Shown piece by piece: positions 51,125 through 60,906 of a DNA stretch of 64,000 nt; the stretch's first letter is position 1, and the number at the start of each line of letters is the position of its first letter. The translations under genes were made by a program, and so were the position numbers. The notes beneath the pieces were generated by a model. It saw only the letters and a program-made list of their open reading frames with translations, had not been told where the DNA came from and did not search any database. Source of the DNA: Nitrospirota bacterium (GTDB taxonomy: Bacteria; Nitrospirota; UBA9217); NCBI GenBank assembly GCA_963818475.1, contig CAWFSF010000006.1, positions 512,001 to 576,000 of the forward strand, read 5' to 3'.

Positions 51125-51751
51125 TCATAGGGCTTTCAACAACCCCTCGGCTCGAGCCGCTCCGATCGTGAGCACATGTACTGCTTGCTCCATCTCCTGG
51201 TCCGTGGCCTCCGTATAGATCCCCGTTGAGGCCAGTGAGGAGTGACCGAGAAGCTTCTGGATCGTGGTGATAGGTACGCCCCGCTCCTGCATCCTTTTGG
51301 CGAAGGTGTGCCGTAGTGAGTGCGTTGATTTATTCGCGACAATCTTTCCCTTACGCGTGGTTGTGATGCCGGCCTTGATCATCCATTTCTCGACCAGGTG
51401 CTGGAGCGATCGTTTCTCTATCCGCCCACCCAGGCGAGAAACGAACAGCGGGGCCAAATCCTCGATGCTCTCTTGCAGAGTATTCATCTTGTATGCAATC
51501 CACTTATGCAAGATGTCCTGGATCCGGATGTTTAGATTGATGTCCCTTCCTCGGCCGTTCTTCATGTCTTCCTGTCGCACATGGAGCTGTTTCTTATTAC
51601 GAACATCGGACACAAGGACGGCAACCAGCTCGCTGGCCCGCAGCCCCGTATTCAGGAGCAGCTCGATAATCACATGGTCACGTTCGGCACCCTTTGTTTC
51701 CCGGACTGTTTTTAGGAGCTGCTTTTCCTCAGATGGAGTAAGATATTTCAT
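51125..51751 (-). CDS. Short tyrosine recombinase (catalytic domain only)
   Basis: TGLRASEL, HSLRH, LLGH, TGIY. Confidence 0.92.
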   Translation of the reverse strand: MKYLTPSEEKQLLKTVRETKGAERDHVIIELLLNTGLRASELVAVLVSDVRNKKQLHVRQEDMKNGRGRDINLNIRIQDILHKWIAYKMNTLQESIEDLAPLFVSRLGGRIEKRSLQHLVEKWMIKAGITTTRKGKIVANKSTHSLRHTFAKRMQERGVPITTIQKLLGHSSLASTGIYTEATDQEMEQAVHVLTIGAARAEGLLKAL

Positions 51752-51839
51752 GACTATTTCTCCTTACGCGGAGGGCCATACACTTTGCCCTCGATGTCGA
51801 TCCGGATACTGACCAAGAAATCCTGTTTGGCCTGCTGCT

Positions 51840-52166
51840 CTATGCGCCAGTTCTTAGCTTTTGATTATGCTTCCACTTTTCATCGATGATTGTTTTGACC
51901 ATCTTCTGGAGATCATCGAATCTTTCTTCAAAAAGATACATCGTTGATCCGACGTGTTCTCTATAGAACGATTCATCGTACAGGTCCGCCTCGAGGGCCG
52001 CATGAACAACGCGGATGAGCGAACGAATTTCAGTTAACCGAAGCGGAATTTCGTTCAGCAAGTCAGGGTCTGTGTGGTCTTTTCTTACCCCGCGGAGCAG
52101 CACCTCAACTGCATTTTCATTCTTCTTCTGATTTCCAACCCGTTTTACCATCTGACGTGCATTCAT
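51840..52166 (-). CDS. Hypothetical protein
   Basis: 108-aa ORF with SD AGGAG, co-oriented with the element. Confidence 0.6.
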   Translation of the reverse strand: MNARQMVKRVGNQKKNENAVEVLLRGVRKDHTDPDLLNEIPLRLTEIRSLIRVVHAALEADLYDESFYREHVGSTMYLFEERFDDLQKMVKTIIDEKWKHNQKLRTGA

Positions 52167-52240
52167 GTGTGTTCTCCTCTCTCTCTGGCCGTTCCGGCCA
52201 TCTCCTTAAGGTTGGCCCCCGGTCTCCCGGGGGCCCGGTA

Positions 52241-52474
52241 TCATGCAGCCTGTTCCTTACTTTGTCGCCAAATCAAATGGCCCGCGTCGACGCCGGCGAA
52301 GAAAGCGTCCGCTGCAGCGGTCCCGACGCGGTATGGTAGAACAATCTTCTTGCTCTCCAGCCGAAATGCGAGCGCCGCGCGTACCCCGCCCCAATACTCG
52401 GCGCTTCTCGGTGTTCGTGGAACGTTGAAATTTTTATTGAACAGCTCTTCGACGGTCATGGCAAATCCCTCCAT
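52241..52474 (-). CDS. Hypothetical phage-type protein
   Basis: 77-aa ORF, co-oriented with the element. Confidence 0.55.
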   Translation of the reverse strand: MEGFAMTVEELFNKNFNVPRTPRSAEYWGGVRAALAFRLESKKIVLPYRVGTAAADAFFAGVDAGHLIWRQSKEQAA

Positions 52475-52630
52475 TCTTACCTGTACCCTTAACTGTGCCT
52501 GCGAGGCTTAATCTCTGTCTGATTCGTGCTGACTCCATCTGACATAGAGAATACCAATACCCTTTAGAAAACAGCTTTTACCGCGTAATATCAGCGGCTT
52601 TGAATATGTGTAAAAAGTACCTTTAAAGTA

Positions 52631-52675
52631 TTCCTAAACCGTGTGCCGGAAGTTCGAATCTTCCCAGGGGCACCA
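52631..52675 (+). repeat. attR core (45 bp)
   Basis: Identical to the tRNA-Arg 3' half at 38808-38852. Confidence 0.97.
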
Positions 52676-52690
52676 TAAATCAAGTATTTA

Positions 52691-52720
52691 GGCCGGTCGT
52701 TTTGACCGGTCTTTTTTATT
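52691..52720 (+). terminator. Terminator, probably the original tRNA-Arg terminator
   Basis: GGCCGGTC-GTTTT-GACCGGTC followed by T6. Confidence 0.75.
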
Positions 52721-52826
52721 GCCCAGGGTTCGTATCCTATTGACAACTTTAGTGAGAATTACAAAAATTTCGTTGTTTTCAGCTATAATCATGTTATAAT
52801 ATATATACAACTAAAGGAGGACAGTT

Positions 52827-55622
52827 ATGGTGTGCTCCAAGCGTATTGGTTTTTGTGTTGCTCATAAAAGTTCTTTTCCCCTCCTGGTTGTTTTCATAGC
52901 CACTATTGTTCTCCTCATCTCTTCCCTGTCGTACGGCATGGCTCTTTCCTTTGGCGGAGGGACTACTGCTGCCACGACGCTAGCTGCCGCAACTTACCTC
53001 ACATCATTACCAACAAACATCGGTGAGCCCGCACGAATCGCAATTGACAGCATGGGTTTTCTTTATGTATCGGTCCCTGAGGGTGGAAAAATCCTCAAAT
53101 TCTCACCTGATGGAAGTCAGATCGATAGCATCGGGGGATTTCAGGAGCCGTTTTCTCTTGCCGTCGACAGTACCCTGAACAGGGTATACGTTGGAGATGC
53201 CAAGGATGGCCGCGTCGGGGTCGTCAACGCTGAAGGAGCGCTCCTGTTCAATCTGGGCAAGGGCAGGGGGGAGTTCGGCATACCCGGGGATATAGCGGTT
53301 GCGTCTGACGGCTCCGTGTATGTGACCGACAGCCCCAACGACGTGGTCAAAGTATATAATCCAGACGGGAGTTTCAGGATTTCTTTCGGCGGCACCGGTA
53401 TCTATGCCGGCCAGATGGTCTTCCCGACAGGCATTGCAGTTGACGATTCCAATCAGGAAATCTATGTTGTTGATCATTCCAATGCTCGCGTAGAAGTTTT
53501 CGATTTTTCAGGAAGTTTTAAAAGGAGCTTTTCTCGTTTCGGCGGCGGCTCAGGGAATCTGACGCGGCCACAAGGCATTTGGGTCTCGAAAGGACGTGTA
53601 TACGTTGCCGATTCCTTTCAGGGCAGCGTGGCGGTTTTTAACGCGAACGGGACCTTTATTGCGAATATCGGGCAGTTCGGAAGCGATGACGGAAAACTTC
53701 GGATTCCCAAGGATGTGGCCATATGCGGCACGAAGCTCTTTGTTACCAATGCCGGGAACCGGCGCATCGAGGTCTTCACTATTTCTGATACGCTGGGATT
53801 GAATGCTGAACCATCAGGCATCGCATTCACCCAGGGGGCCATCGTAGCACCTGCTTCTCAGGTCATCCAATTGACGCCGCAGGTCTCCGGCGCAATTGTC
53901 CCCTGGACAGCGACCGTATCAGCGCCCTTTACGCTTCTGCTCAGCCAGACCGCAGGAACCACCCCTTCATCGATAACGGTGACGGCAACCGCGGGCAATC
54001 TTGCCCCTGGAACCTATTTTGGAGGCATCATTGTTCGTGCCAATGACACTGATTATCCGGTCAGCGTGAGCATGACCGTTGTACCGCAGCTTTCTGTTTT
54101 TCCGGCCAGTTTGTCCATGCTCTATCAGGTTGGCGGCGACCTCACCGCAAAATCGCTGGCTGTTTCCAGCTCCGGCACACTGTCATGGACAGCGGCGACG
54201 AATGTTCCCTGGCTTGCTCTGTCTCCGGCGTCAGGCTCTACACCGGGCAGCATTGCGGTTGCCGTGAACCAGAGTGTTAAAAACCTTTCGGAAGGATTAT
54301 TTCCCGCTGCTGTCACCGTAAGCTCCTCCGGCGGCGTGGGAAGCACTTCGGTCATTCCCGTAACGCTGAAGGTGGCGAGGGCGGGAACCATCATGGTGAA
54401 TACGAACCTCGACTCGGCGTCCGTAACCATCACCGGTCCGGAAACATATACTGGCTCGGGAAAGATGTGGCGGACCGATGAGGCCAGGCCCGGGACCTAT
54501 TCCATTCAGTATGGTCAGGTGAAGGGCTTCAGAAAGCCTCCGTCAGGCACTTTCGTGATAAAGACGGGCCAGACGGTGGTTCTCGACGGCCGGTATCGGC
54601 CTCTCGTGGCGGCGAACGTCATTGTTGCTGCAAAAGGACCTGATCCAGGGAACGACGCGCTGGTACAATTGCTTGATCTCACAGGCATTCCCATCGCTCA
54701 GTTCAGGGCTTTTGATGCCACCCATGGGGCGCAGGTGGCAATGGGAGATATTGATGGTGACGGTTCCGGCGAGATCGTTGCTGCTCCGGGCCCCGGTCCG
54801 AAAAATGAGGCCCGCATCAGTGTCTTTCGTCCCGACGGAACCTCCCTTGCTTCGACGGCACCCATGGCGGGCACGAAATACGGCGCGCATGTGGCGGTGG
54901 GCGACATTGACGGCCGTGGCAAAAGCGCGATAGCCATGAGCATGATCGATAAACACAGCGGCATCGATACGATCGTACTCTACTTGCTGGACGATGACCG
55001 GACATTAGTTGAGAAATCACGAATAGTCGTCGGTACTGATCCCCAAAGCGATCGCGGCAATGCCGGCAAAAGAATCATTGGCAACGACAATCCGCAGGCA
55101 GAACACTATCCCGCATCAATTGCTTTTGGAGACGTTAATCGCGACGGCAGTCTCGAGCTTATTGTGGTGACATCCGGGAGGATCGAGGTCTATGGCTTTG
55201 ACAATGCACTTGCCGCCTCGCTGCTCGCCGCGGGAACGCTCCCGTTCGAGGTCGCGAAATCTGCTTACAAAACCCAGTTGACCGTCACGTCGGGCGATCT
55301 TGACGGGGACGATACCGATGAAATAATCGTCGGTTATGAAATGGGCCAGGATTCGTTCATCCGGGCTTTCAAGGGCGACCTCACGGCTTCAGGGTTCCTG
55401 CTCAAGGCATTTGAAAAAGGGAAGTCAACGCCAACCCTGTCCGCCCAGGACTGGGACGGCGATGGCCTCGCCGAGATACTTGCGGGACAGGGGGCCAATC
55501 CCGACAATGATGGTGTATTGCGGATCTATGTGCCCCACCAAGGCGACCTCCTCCGAGAGGTCACGGCTTTTGGCGGTTCTCGATACGGTGTGGTTGCATC
55601 CTTCGGCACCGTCAAAAAATAA
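52827..55622 (+). CDS. Secreted NHL beta-propeller + BACON-like + FG-GAP repeat protein
   Basis: Signal-like N-terminus, PxGIAV...YVxD repeats, WTAATNVPWL, GDIDGDG/GDVNRDG/GDLDGD repeats. Confidence 0.85.
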   Translation: MVCSKRIGFCVAHKSSFPLLVVFIATIVLLISSLSYGMALSFGGGTTAATTLAAATYLTSLPTNIGEPARIAIDSMGFLYVSVPEGGKILKFSPDGSQIDSIGGFQEPFSLAVDSTLNRVYVGDAKDGRVGVVNAEGALLFNLGKGRGEFGIPGDIAVASDGSVYVTDSPNDVVKVYNPDGSFRISFGGTGIYAGQMVFPTGIAVDDSNQEIYVVDHSNARVEVFDFSGSFKRSFSRFGGGSGNLTRPQGIWVSKGRVYVADSFQGSVAVFNANGTFIANIGQFGSDDGKLRIPKDVAICGTKLFVTNAGNRRIEVFTISDTLGLNAEPSGIAFTQGAIVAPASQVIQLTPQVSGAIVPWTATVSAPFTLLLSQTAGTTPSSITVTATAGNLAPGTYFGGIIVRANDTDYPVSVSMTVVPQLSVFPASLSMLYQVGGDLTAKSLAVSSSGTLSWTAATNVPWLALSPASGSTPGSIAVAVNQSVKNLSEGLFPAAVTVSSSGGVGSTSVIPVTLKVARAGTIMVNTNLDSASVTITGPETYTGSGKMWRTDEARPGTYSIQYGQVKGFRKPPSGTFVIKTGQTVVLDGRYRPLVAANVIVAAKGPDPGNDALVQLLDLTGIPIAQFRAFDATHGAQVAMGDIDGDGSGEIVAAPGPGPKNEARISVFRPDGTSLASTAPMAGTKYGAHVAVGDIDGRGKSAIAMSMIDKHSGIDTIVLYLLDDDRTLVEKSRIVVGTDPQSDRGNAGKRIIGNDNPQAEHYPASIAFGDVNRDGSLELIVVTSGRIEVYGFDNALAASLLAAGTLPFEVAKSAYKTQLTVTSGDLDGDDTDEIIVGYEMGQDSFIRAFKGDLTASGFLLKAFEKGKSTPTLSAQDWDGDGLAEILAGQGANPDNDGVLRIYVPHQGDLLREVTAFGGSRYGVVASFGTVKK

Positions 55623-55636
55623 GAGGGGAACGTATC

Positions 55637-56718
55637 ATGATTGCCAAGCGGATAGTAAGCGGAATGGTCGGACTCGGCTTCCTTCTCATCGGGGGGACGG
55701 CATGGGCTATTGACCCGCCGCACAGCGGTCCGAAAAATCCTCAGACCTGCATGGCCTGCCATGTGGCCCACTCTGCGGCAGGGGTATCACTCACTACGGT
55801 AAATGGAAACGCAAACCTCTGCATCAGCTGCCATACCAGCGGCGGCACTGCATCCAACAAGCCCTTTTCAAGCACGATGCAGGCAGTACCGGGAGTGTCC
55901 GGCAGTTCGCACCGATGGGACGGCGCCATGCCTGCTGTATCAAGCCCAAGCAACACCTACGGACTGCGGCCTGCATCAAGCGTTACGACCACGGTCATTC
56001 GAAATAAGCTCACGAATAAGTTCAGCGGGGTAGCTGTATGCTCCGTGTGCCATAACCCCCATAGCTCGGCAAGTGCCGCGTGGGACGTCTTCTCGGGCTC
56101 CTTATACCGGCCTCAAGGGCGGAGATTCAGGTGCGGCAAGCGCTTCCGGCACCACCGACGACGATCATCGACTCCACCAAATCGACCTTCTGGACCGTGA
56201 ACGCGTGGCAAAATTATTTCGTGAGGATCGTTTCATCGGGAGCGGCGAACAATATTGGACAGGTAAGGATCATTTCCAGCAATACAACCACACGGCTCAC
56301 CGTTGCTTCAGCCTATCCCGCGGCTGTCCAGTCGGGCGACAAATATGAGATCGTCGGCAGACATTTTCAGATCACGGCCGATGACGTCAACCAGATGTGC
56401 GAAGACTGCCACTACTACCGGGTCCAGAACCACTCGCGCGTCGAGGGTGGGGATGCGGCCTATCCTGCCGATGGGATCAACGTCTTCAGCCATCCCGTGG
56501 GACAGGCGCTGAACGGCAACGGAAAGAGCTATGACCGGTCGGCGCCCCTTGACGTGAACGGCGTTGCCCAGAGCGGCGCCCGGTTTGCCTCCGGAGGGGA
56601 ATCACCCGACAACGTTGCAAATAATCTCGTTTTGGACAGCGGTAATGCAGTACGCTGCCTCACCTGTCATAGAGTACACTACACTGACTCAAATGGTCTG
56701 TCGAACGGGTTGCCGTGA
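55637..56718 (+). CDS. Pentaheme cytochrome c (two indels near 56102 and 56156)
   Basis: Signal peptide; CMACH, CISCH, CSVCH, CEDCH, CLTCH across three frames. Confidence 0.8.
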
Positions 56719-56731
56719 TGAGGAGAAGAGC

Positions 56732-59028
56732 ATGAATCGGCGGAATACTTATTTGAAGAAGTGCGCGTTCGCTATGATCCTTCAATTGGCGGTTTTTGCG
56801 CTTGCTGCGCAAGTCCTTGCCGCTGATGGAAAACCTCCGACCGTAAGCATCCTGAACCCGAAACCCGGTACGGCCTTGGCGCCGACAATCGTCAGCCTTC
56901 GTCCCTCGTCCAACGATTTCAAGGTCCAGATCCAGGTGTGGGACGACGTTGCCATCACCGCCAACACCATCCAGGCAGGATACTATACGGGCGCAACGCC
57001 CGACTCCGGGACGTTTACGTTTGTGACCGCAACGCTCAATACGAATTACAACTGCGGCGCTAACTGCGTCGTGTACGAGGCGATCCTGAGCGGCCTTACG
57101 CCGGGCGTTGATTACTTCCTCTATGCGCGGGCGTCATCAACGGACGGGACTGGTGAGTCACGCCAGAACCGTACGGGAAACGATGCGCGGTATACCGCTA
57201 TACGGGTCGTTGCCGCGAAAGCGGGAACCGGAATGCTTCTGGCACGGGATTCATCGAGCCAGCTCTGTCTCGATTGTCATAACCTCCCATCCCATTCCAG
57301 CCAGGCGCTGGGAGTGAAGTATCAGAATTGGCAGACGGTCTGTCTCGATTGCCACACGCCGCACAGCACGAGAAATCTCTATCTCGTGAAAGAATCCGTC
57401 ATAACGCCCAATAGCGGGGCTAAAAACGTCACGCTCTACAAGACCACAGGCGACGCCGTGAACAGTTATGTCACCTCAACGGCAAGCGCCTCCACGAAAG
57501 GCATTTGCCAGGTCTGTCACACACAGACTAAAAACCAGTCCACGCTGGCCACACGATGGACCAACACCGGCAACGCCGACGCGACCCACTACCAGACAAC
57601 GAGCACCAAGCGATGCACGGAATGCCACAGCCACACCAGCGGGTTTCGCGCCTTCAGGCGCATGTAAAAGCTGCCACAATGTTGCGCGGGGAAGCAGGAG
57701 GCAGATCGTAGAGTTAACGTCCGGGCGATGGGACAGGAGATTTTGTGAAATCATCGAGGCACGTCAGCAACGGAACAACAAACGAGATCGTGACGGATTT
57801 CGACTGCATCGTCTGTCACGCCGAGGGCGACACGGGTTCGAGCGGCACGAACATCAAGGCCATTGGAAGTCTGCATCCATCATCCAGTTCACCGGTCAAA
57901 CTGAGGAACGTGGACAATGTGGCGGCTCCCGGCTCGGCCGGGACTCTTGGCAGTAACTACTGGGCCTGGCCGGGGACCTCCTCCGCAACGGACACGGACC
58001 GGAGCAATATGGACAGGTTCTGCCTGAACTGCCATGATTACGATGGTGCCAGCGGAATCAATGTTAAGTCCTCTGATGACGGTCTGAACCTCGACGCAAC
58101 GCGGAAGACCACTCCGTTCAACAGTAAGGACACCTTGACGAACAACAGAGATAAACTTACGAGGACCAGGATCACGGACGTTAAAAGCCAGTTTTATGCC
58201 GGCACCGGCGGATCGGGCACGGGGTACAACGGAAATCCTTCTCAGCATGGCCTTGTCGCTCTGGGCACGGGCTACGATACCGGGCCGAGATATTCAACTC
58301 AGAATTCGACCTGGGCCACCGCATGGAACGGGACCCATACGCTCAGATCAGGAACGGCGATCAACAATGCGACGAACGGCAGAGAAAAAGCCACGCTTCA
58401 CTGCTCAGATTGTCACCTTATTGAGACAAATGCACACGGTGCAACCAATGCGTGGCATCTGCTTTTGTCGGGAACTGCGAGCAACTGGACCAGTGACAGC
58501 GTCATGGGCGGTCAGGCGAGCAGCGTTACGGCCGCGGTCGTATGCTACAAGTGCCATCTCCAGACAGTTTACGACACGAATGGAGCAAAAAGCGGAGCCA
58601 AACAGGCTGTAGGATCCAGAATCAATCACCTCGATATCGATTCGAACGTGCATGTTACGTATGGAAGCGCCGCGACCAATCCCGCAGGCGCAGGCGCTCA
58701 ACTTGGACCCTTCTGCCTCTTGTGCCATGCAGGCGACGGTTTCGGACGCATCCACGGCAGGGGGTCGGCGACAGACGGCGACAATACGCAATATAACCCC
58801 GCTGGAGATTCAGCAAACGGCACGTACACAAAGTATCGTTTCCTGCCCGGCGCGTGGATGACGTGGAAGCCAGGAACAGTCGGTGATAATACTGATTTTA
58901 CAGCAGTCAGATCGGGGACCTGTTACTTCCAGGCTGCGGGCCAGACGATGTCGAGTTGCAGTCATCATGCTGCGGGCGATAATGCGGCCGGACAGACCAC
59001 GAATTACGGACGCAACGTTACTTACTGA
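56732..59028 (+). CDS. Large extracellular multiheme cytochrome c with Ig-like N-terminus (indels near 57646 and 57724)
   Basis: 10 CxxCH motifs over ORFs 56564-57667, 57468-57956 and 57745-59028, plus terminal CYF...SSCSHH. Confidence 0.8.
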
Positions 59029-59052
59029 TGACAGCGTTGCTGCAGTTCTGAA

Positions 59053-59087
59053 AAGGGAAGGGGCGTACAAACTCCTTCCCTTCTTTG
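59053..59087 (+). terminator. Possible terminator
   Basis: AAGGGAAGGGG...CTCCTTCCCTT followed by T-rich sequence. Confidence 0.55.
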
Positions 59088-59119
59088 TTACTCATCAAGA
59101 TGCTTTCAACAAACTTCCC

Positions 59120-59677
59120 ATGAAAAAAAACGATATAGTATTGATCTTCTTCCTGAGTATGATTGCTGCTGTTGCGCTATCGACAGGGCAAAATCGGCAA
59201 ACTGGACTTGATGGACATTTGTTCTGGATGCTCCGGAACATGGAAAAACGTGATATCGAATCGATCAAGACCGCCGTCCATTATTATAACCAATACAGCT
59301 CGATGTTTTACAATACAGGCGGTGAGGTCATGGGACTGAACGAGATTCCGGCCGCGCCTCTGCTTAAACGGAGGTTGTTCAAGGATATCAGCATGCTGAA
59401 ACGCGACGGCCTGATCATGGTGTTCGACAGGGATGCGGAAGAGATAGTGAAAGTATATTTTCCATTACGGGGAGACGCTGTTGCCGAGACAAAGGAAACC
59501 TGGTTTATCACGCTGCAGGAATATGGGACCAGAAAGCCTGTGTATTCAATCAAGGCAGTGCCCTTGAAGGTCCGGTATCATCTGAAGAAGGAACCGCGAG
59601 GCTGGATCGTATACGAGACTGATGTCTATCCCGGATTAGAGGACATTCCTGTCCTGAATAGGCGGCAGGCCTTATGA
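59120..59677 (+). CDS. Hypothetical membrane-anchored protein of the cytochrome cluster
   Basis: MKK plus hydrophobic stretch; overlaps the next gene. Confidence 0.65.
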   Translation: MKKNDIVLIFFLSMIAAVALSTGQNRQTGLDGHLFWMLRNMEKRDIESIKTAVHYYNQYSSMFYNTGGEVMGLNEIPAAPLLKRRLFKDISMLKRDGLIMVFDRDAEEIVKVYFPLRGDAVAETKETWFITLQEYGTRKPVYSIKAVPLKVRYHLKKEPRGWIVYETDVYPGLEDIPVLNRRQAL

Positions 59678-60702
59678 TCTGGATCTCGAATAACCTGACA
59701 GGCAGGACTGCTCGAAAAGGATTCTTTGTCGCCATATCGGGCACCGCTATTCTTTATCTGATTATCGAACGGATGGGCCTGTTCCGGATGGGACCGGCGT
59801 CTTTTCGCGAGGTCCTTCACTCTGTTCCGATGAGGGGGCTCAGCATCTTCTGCGCAGTATACGCTCTGGTCGCGATCGTACCAACGGTCCGGAAACAGTC
59901 CTCGCGTCGGGCTCGGGCCGGATCTATTCTTTTTTTCATATCCATCCTTGTATTCGTTGCGGCCTTGTGGACAAGCGTGTATACGCGGTTCGAGGGCAAA
60001 GCGATACGGATGGAAAACACCGTCTTCAACGCCTTTAAACAGGATTATGTCCCGCCTACGCTATTCATTGCAAAACATGCGAAGCTGCCCGAGGTTGGCG
60101 TTCATATAACTAAGATCAGGCCCGCACCAGCCGCTGATATGCAAAGCATGACGGCGATCCATGCGGATATCAAGTATGCGGGAAGAACGACTTCGGGGAT
60201 TTTGCCGGGAACGCTCAGCGCGTCATGGCCCTTGGTTTCGGACTGGACCATGGTGAGCATCACAGACTTCGGCTACGCGGCGAAATATACGCTGTTCGAT
60301 CTCCGGCAGCAGGAACTTGAGTCGAATACACTGTTCATGAACCTCTTTCCCGCTGGAGCGGAAGATTATTTTGAGACGATGTTCCTGGGGTATGTTTTTT
60401 ATCTCAGGCTGTATCCGGACAGCATTAAACACGACGGGATCTACGGCACTCGGTCATTGGAGCCGAAGGACCCTCTCTATACCATGAGGATTGTGAGGCA
60501 CAAGGATATTGTCTACAACGGCCCCCTGAAGTCCGGGAAAAAGCTCCAGTTCGACAATGTGGTCATTTCCCTTGGCGAGCCGAAGATGTGGGTCGAAATG
60601 AGCTTTGTCCGGGACTTGGGCGTTCCTCTTGCTCTCGTGGGCTGCCTGCTGATGACAGGGGCGATAGCGATCTTTCTTATCGACGGCCATGCGAGACGAT
60701 AG
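59674..60702 (+). CDS. ResB-like cytochrome c biogenesis membrane protein
   Basis: Three N-terminal TMs, soluble domain, VRDLGVPLALVG C-terminal TM. Confidence 0.6.
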   Translation: MIWISNNLTGRTARKGFFVAISGTAILYLIIERMGLFRMGPASFREVLHSVPMRGLSIFCAVYALVAIVPTVRKQSSRRARAGSILFFISILVFVAALWTSVYTRFEGKAIRMENTVFNAFKQDYVPPTLFIAKHAKLPEVGVHITKIRPAPAADMQSMTAIHADIKYAGRTTSGILPGTLSASWPLVSDWTMVSITDFGYAAKYTLFDLRQQELESNTLFMNLFPAGAEDYFETMFLGYVFYLRLYPDSIKHDGIYGTRSLEPKDPLYTMRIVRHKDIVYNGPLKSGKKLQFDNVVISLGEPKMWVEMSFVRDLGVPLALVGCLLMTGAIAIFLIDGHARR

Positions 60703-60780
60703 AACGAGATACTTCGTTTTTATTCTTGACAAACCCTCTGAAATTTCATACAATTCGCTCTCGTTTGGAAATCTGCGTAT

Positions 60781-60855
60781 AGGCTCGTAGCTCAGGGGGA
60801 GAGCGCTACCTTGACACGGTAGAGGTCGGCGGTTCGAAACCGCCCGGGCCTACCA
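60781..60855 (+). tRNA. tRNA-Val (GAC)
   Basis: Cloverleaf, anticodon arm CTACC-TTGACAC-GGTAG, CCA end. Confidence 0.96.
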
Positions 60856-60906
60856 TTTTTTCGCAACATTGTGGTAGGACTATCATACAAACCGTGATTA
60901 CTTTCT

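Larger units (their letters stand above)
38808..52675. mobile_element. 13.8-kb integrated phage-related element (candidate satellite) at tRNA-Arg
   Basis: Perfect 45-bp direct repeat of the tRNA 3' half at both ends, adjacent tyrosine integrase, phage-type genes all on the minus strand. Confidence 0.93.

Noticed and set aside
52631-52675. Second tRNA-Arg gene
   Set aside because: Only the 3' half is present; it is attR.
38808-52675. Retron, DGR or bridge-RNA system around the structured RNA
   Set aside because: No reverse transcriptase or IS110-type recombinase motifs were found in any ORF of the element.
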